Source of the DNA: an uncultured Bacillota bacterium
GTDB taxonomy: Bacteria; Bacillota; Clostridia; Christensenellales; UBA1242
DNA: 64,000 nucleotides
NCBI GenBank assembly: GCA_900551705.1
Contig: URWY01000003.1
Location: 1,236 to 65,235, forward strand
Reading direction: 5' to 3'
Shown here: one piece after another, positions 60,263-64,000 of the stretch
Layout of the letters: each line of letters starts with the position of its first letter
How positions within the stretch are numbered: the stretch's first letter is position 1
Program-made: the position numbers and the translations under genes
The notes under the pieces: generated by a model
What the model saw: the letters and a program-made list of their open reading frames with translations, nothing else
What the model was told of the DNA's origin: nothing
Databases searched by the model: none

Positions 60263-62020
60263 TTACAATAATTTTTCCCAATTTTCAATGATTTTTAAAG
60301 CATATTCAAATGCGTTATCAATGACTTTTTTATCCTTTAAATTAACGCCTGCATCTTTTAAAAGCGAAATTGGGTCTTTGGTTGAACCCGCTTTTAAGAA
60401 ATTTAAATAGCGCTCTGGCTCTGTTGGTAAAACTTTGTAGACGATATAAAGCGCCGAAATTATGCCGATAGCGTATTTATATACATAAAATGCGTTATAA
60501 AAGTGCGGTATTCTGCTCCATTCATATTGAATTTCTGGCACAAGTTCAACATCTTTTCCAAAATATGTTTTATTTAATTGATAATAGAAATCATTTAAAA
60601 TTTTAGCAGAAATTGGCTTGTCATTTTCGTATTGTTCATGAGCAAATTGTTCAAATTCAGAAAACATGAGTTGCCTGAATGCAGAGCCTTTAAATTCGCT
60701 CAAAAAGTGGTCATAATAATAAATTATATCTGACTTGTTGTCCGAATTTTCGCTCAAATATTTGAGTAAAAGCATTTCGTTTACATTGCTTGCAACTTCT
60801 GCAACGAAGATTGTATAGCCTGCTTGATCAAAATTTTGAGTGCTGTTTGAATAGTAAGTGTGCATTGCGTGTCCAAGTTCGTGAGCAAGTGTAAAAATCG
60901 AATTTGTGTCGCCAATAAAATTGGTTAAAACAACTGGATTTTTTGAGTATGCGCCCCATGAAAACGCTCCGCTGTCTTTATTTTCATTTGGATAAATATC
61001 TATCCAACGCTCGTTTACTGCCCTATCTATAAGCGTTTGATATTCTTTTCCAAGTGGCAATGTTGCTTTCTTGATTAAATCAATCGCTTCGTCAAAAGTA
61101 TAGGTCTTTTTAACGCCTTTTTCTTTTGCAAATTGGTCATAAATCGCAAATTTATCCAAGCCTAAACTGCGTCTTTTAACATCAAAATACTTATGGAATA
61201 CAAACAAATTGTCGTGCATTGATGAAATCAATGTGTCGTAGACTTTTCTGCTTGCTTCTTCGGCATAAATAGATAAATCAAGGGTTGATTTAAACTTTCT
61301 TAGCCTTGTGTAGAATACATTTTTCTTAACATTATGAATGTAATTTGACGACAAAAAGTTATTAAACTTGCCATACGCGCTATTAAGCGCTTTTATGGTG
61401 TTTTTTCTCAGTGTTCTATCGTCAGATTGCATAAGTTCAACATAATTCGAATGGGTTAAAGTGTGTTTTTTGCCCTGGCTATCTTTTGGCGAATCAAACT
61501 TTAAATCGCCATCGTCAAAAACATCAAAATTTTCAGAAAAACCGCCTGCCATTTCCCCTGACATTGATATGATTTTTTCTTCTTTTTCCGACAAAATTAA
61601 TTTTCTATCCTTAATCATTCCCTTGAAATAATTTTTATACGGAGTTGTTTCGGCAAGCCTTTTTAAGTCTGATGTTTTATATTTTTTTATTTCAATATCA
61701 ATAAAAGTTGTTTCAACAGAAAACTTTGATGCAAGAGCATCAACAAGAGTTAATCTTTCACGATAAAACGAGTTTGTGGCATCTTCGCGAGTTTTTAAAG
61801 AAGCGTATACATACAAAATTTCAAGTCTTAATGAGATGTCTTCTTCTAGTTTTAAACATTCAAGCATAGTCTTCTCATCAGACAATTTGCCCTTATATTT
61901 TTCAAAGTCGTTAACATGGGTTTTTAGGTCTTCATATTCACGATAAAAGGCATCATCGTCTTTGAAATAACCAGTTAAATCCCATTTAAACTTTTCTTCA
62001 ATTTCACTTCTTTTTTTCAT
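60263..62020 (-). CDS. pepF: Oligoendopeptidase F (M3B)
   Basis: 585 aa, with the zinc motif HELGHAMH. Confidence 0.85.
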   Translation of the reverse strand: MKKRSEIEEKFKWDLTGYFKDDDAFYREYEDLKTHVNDFEKYKGKLSDEKTMLECLKLEEDISLRLEILYVYASLKTREDATNSFYRERLTLVDALASKFSVETTFIDIEIKKYKTSDLKRLAETTPYKNYFKGMIKDRKLILSEKEEKIISMSGEMAGGFSENFDVFDDGDLKFDSPKDSQGKKHTLTHSNYVELMQSDDRTLRKNTIKALNSAYGKFNNFLSSNYIHNVKKNVFYTRLRKFKSTLDLSIYAEEASRKVYDTLISSMHDNLFVFHKYFDVKRRSLGLDKFAIYDQFAKEKGVKKTYTFDEAIDLIKKATLPLGKEYQTLIDRAVNERWIDIYPNENKDSGAFSWGAYSKNPVVLTNFIGDTNSIFTLAHELGHAMHTYYSNSTQNFDQAGYTIFVAEVASNVNEMLLLKYLSENSDNKSDIIYYYDHFLSEFKGSAFRQLMFSEFEQFAHEQYENDKPISAKILNDFYYQLNKTYFGKDVELVPEIQYEWSRIPHFYNAFYVYKYAIGIISALYIVYKVLPTEPERYLNFLKAGSTKDPISLLKDAGVNLKDKKVIDNAFEYALKIIENWEKLL

Positions 62021-62031
62021 ATATTTGCCTT

Positions 62032-62742
62032 TTAAACCAATCTTTCAATATTGAATTCTTTCCATGGCTCGCTTTCAAGGTCTGGATAGCACTTGAAAGT
62101 CATTACATTTTTTGTTGTTGGATGCTCAAAAGTCAATTTATAAGCCCAAAGTGCCAAATTGTCTGTTTTAGTATTTGTATTAGAATTTTTTGAGCCATAT
62201 TTAATATCGCCGAAAACAGGAGTTCTTAAACTTGCCATTTGCACTCTGATTTGATGGCTTCTGCCCGTTAATAATTCTATTTCAGCCAAACTTAAATTAT
62301 TCTCTACTTCAACGATATTATAAATGAGTTCTGCTCGTTTTGCACCTTCTTCTCCCATAGGCACAATTTTTACGATATTTGTTTTTTCATCTTTTTTGAG
62401 ATAATTTATTTGCTTTTTTCTTCTGTCTGTTGGACAACCTTCAAGAACAGTCAAGTATTTCTTAGAAAATCTGCCGTCTTTCATTTGTTCAGCAAGTCTT
62501 GATGCTGCTTTTGAAGTCTTCGCAAACACCATTAGTCCGCCAGTTGGTCTATCTAATCTATGAACCAAGCCGACATAAACATTGCCCGGTTTGTTATACT
62601 TAACTTTGATATATTCTTTTACCATATTAAGCATATCTTTATCGCCGCTTTCGTCTTCTTGTGATGGAATATTGTGTGGCTTTATAACAACAATAACATG
62701 ATTATCTTCATAGACAACACTCAATTCTTTTTCTTCTTGCAT
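62032..62742 (-). CDS. RluA-family pseudouridine synthase (no S4 domain)
   Basis: HRLDRPTGGLMVFAKT, TGRSHQIRVQ. Confidence 0.8.
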   Translation of the reverse strand: MQEEKELSVVYEDNHVIVVIKPHNIPSQEDESGDKDMLNMVKEYIKVKYNKPGNVYVGLVHRLDRPTGGLMVFAKTSKAASRLAEQMKDGRFSKKYLTVLEGCPTDRRKKQINYLKKDEKTNIVKIVPMGEEGAKRAELIYNIVEVENNLSLAEIELLTGRSHQIRVQMASLRTPVFGDIKYGSKNSNTNTKTDNLALWAYKLTFEHPTTKNVMTFKCYPDLESEPWKEFNIERLV

Positions 62743-62770
62743 AGTATTCTAATCTCCTTAAATTTCAAGG

Positions 62771-62795
62771 TGCTATGCAAGTTTTGCATAGCACT
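62771..62795. repeat. Inverted pair of the recurrent motif: GTGCTATGCAA-gtt-TTGCATAGCAC
   Basis: 11-bp perfect arms in the 62-bp gap between the VirB4-like gene and the RluA-family gene. Confidence 0.85.
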
Positions 62796-62804
62796 TTAAT
62801 AGAA

Positions 62805-64000
62805 TTATTCAAATAGTTTTCTTACGAAGTCTTGCGCTTCAATTTGCATCATTGTTCTGGACATTGGTCCTGATATAAAGAAGCATTGTCCAACGCCCGC
62901 TGTTATGATGCTGTTTTGTTCTTCTGCGTTGATTTCACCTGATTTTCTATACAACTCGACTAAGTCGTTCATATCGTTAGGTGCAAGCGAGAAAATCATT
63001 GAATACTGACTGGCGTTAATAACCGCAGTTGATTGTCTTTGAATTTCAACTGAACCAACGAAGTCTTTAATATTTTGTGTAATAACAATCTGCATACCTG
63101 AATATTTACGGATACGCTTTGCCATTTGCGCCATGAAGTCCAAAGCGATAGGATAGTTAGGGTTAATGAAAACATGGGCTTCATCAACTACAACAATGAT
63201 TTTTCTATTTGTTTTGAATTTCATGTTGAAATCACGGTTTTTGATAATTTCGTTATCAAGATATTTAAAGACCAAAAGCATTTGAGCATTCGCGATAATT
63301 TCGTTACGGTTTGCCAAAAGCGAACGGAAGTTAAATGTAATAAAGTTTTCTTTTGTTGAAATAGATGTTGGGCCATTCCAAAGGTTACTATTTCTGCCAC
63401 CTGTGGCGAATTTTTTAACATAAGTTTGAATTGTCAATAAGTTGCGTTTGTGGTATTCATTCGTTTCATTTTCAAGTCTTTCGCAAACAATTGCATACAA
63501 ATCATCGAATATAGGATAATCTTCTGGCGTCAATTTTTCAAGGTCTGTGTTACTGTCTATGCCCTTTTTGTTATACATTTCAACAATCAACGAGTTCAAT
63601 TCTTCAAACGCATCGGAATTGATTCCTTCCAAAATAACTTTGAAGAATTGTTCCAAGAACTGCAAGTGAACTGAGAATGTATCTGATACTTCTTTAAGTT
63701 TTAACTTGCCATCGTCTTTCTCTTCTTCTTCATCGTCATTCATTTCGTTGATATCTTTAATATCATCTTTTAATGTTGTCATAATATGGAATGGATTAAT
63801 AATACCCATTGCAGATGAACCAACATCGATAACTTTACCTTCCAAGTTACCCGCAAGAATTGTATATTCATCTTCTGGGTCAAGAATAAATACTTTTGTG
63901 TTATCTGCTGCAAAGTTTGTCAAAAGAGTTTTTGTGGCGAAAGATTTACCAGAACCAGATTTACCAATAATCATCATATTACTGTTAACTCTTTCACGAT
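62805..64000 (-). CDS. VirB4/TraE-like conjugation (type IV secretion) ATPase, C-terminal part (5' end outside window)
   Basis: The frame is open to the window edge. Walker A IIGKSGSGKSF, Walker B IIVVVDEAH, and the typical C-terminal ..QSTAVINASQY..F.. region. Confidence 0.6.
   Translation of the reverse strand, partial: RERVNSNMMIIGKSGSGKSFATKTLLTNFAADNTKVFILDPEDEYTILAGNLEGKVIDVGSSAMGIINPFHIMTTLKDDIKDINEMNDDEEEEKDDGKLKLKEVSDTFSVHLQFLEQFFKVILEGINSDAFEELNSLIVEMYNKKGIDSNTDLEKLTPEDYPIFDDLYAIVCERLENETNEYHKRNLLTIQTYVKKFATGGRNSNLWNGPTSISTKENFITFNFRSLLANRNEIIANAQMLLVFKYLDNEIIKNRDFNMKFKTNRKIIVVVDEAHVFINPNYPIALDFMAQMAKRIRKYSGMQIVITQNIKDFVGSVEIQRQSTAVINASQYSMIFSLAPNDMNDLVELYRKSGEINAEEQNSIITAGVGQCFFISGPMSRTMMQIEAQDFVRKLFE

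Overview
AT-rich, gene-dense chromosomal segment from a low-GC Gram-positive bacterium. It looks Clostridia-like: it has an intact pro-sigma-K gene, the Firmicute dnaX-ybaB-recR and pgsA-cinA-recA arrangements, and uses the standard genetic code with TGA as stop. I found no rRNA, tRNA or CRISPR array. Most of the window is housekeeping: hemW (partial), glyQS, a phosphohexomutase, dnaX, ybaB, recR, argS, ylxM-ffh-rpsP-KH protein, sigK, tkt, rpsO-pnp, rpmE, ligA, secDF, polA, hslVU, tcdA, trxA, ftsK, rimO, pgsA-cinA-recA, a MurF-like ligase, a U32 peptidase, pepF and an RluA-family synthase. Two giant repeat-built surface proteins (1885 aa and 1753 aa) are interspersed. The most notable observations are: (1) dnaX is split at a run of nine A, with the tau-specific C-terminus in the -1 frame. 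(2) A small island of unknown function sits between tkt and rpsO: a SLOG-like ORF, an XRE regulator with palindromic operators, a structured small RNA, and two overlapping unknown ORFs. (3) A recurrent palindromic motif, TTGCATAG(C/T)AC, occurs only in intergenic DNA at four loci. (4) An XerS-like tyrosine recombinase lies next to an ORF flanked by 13-bp direct copies of that motif; the ORF looks like a nucleotidyltransferase with substituted catalytic residues. (5) A Rho-architecture protein and a shikimate-kinase-like protein both lack a P-loop. (6) The right edge carries a VirB4/TraE-like ATPase. All functional calls rest on motifs recognised by eye and on recalled family features. No database search was run.
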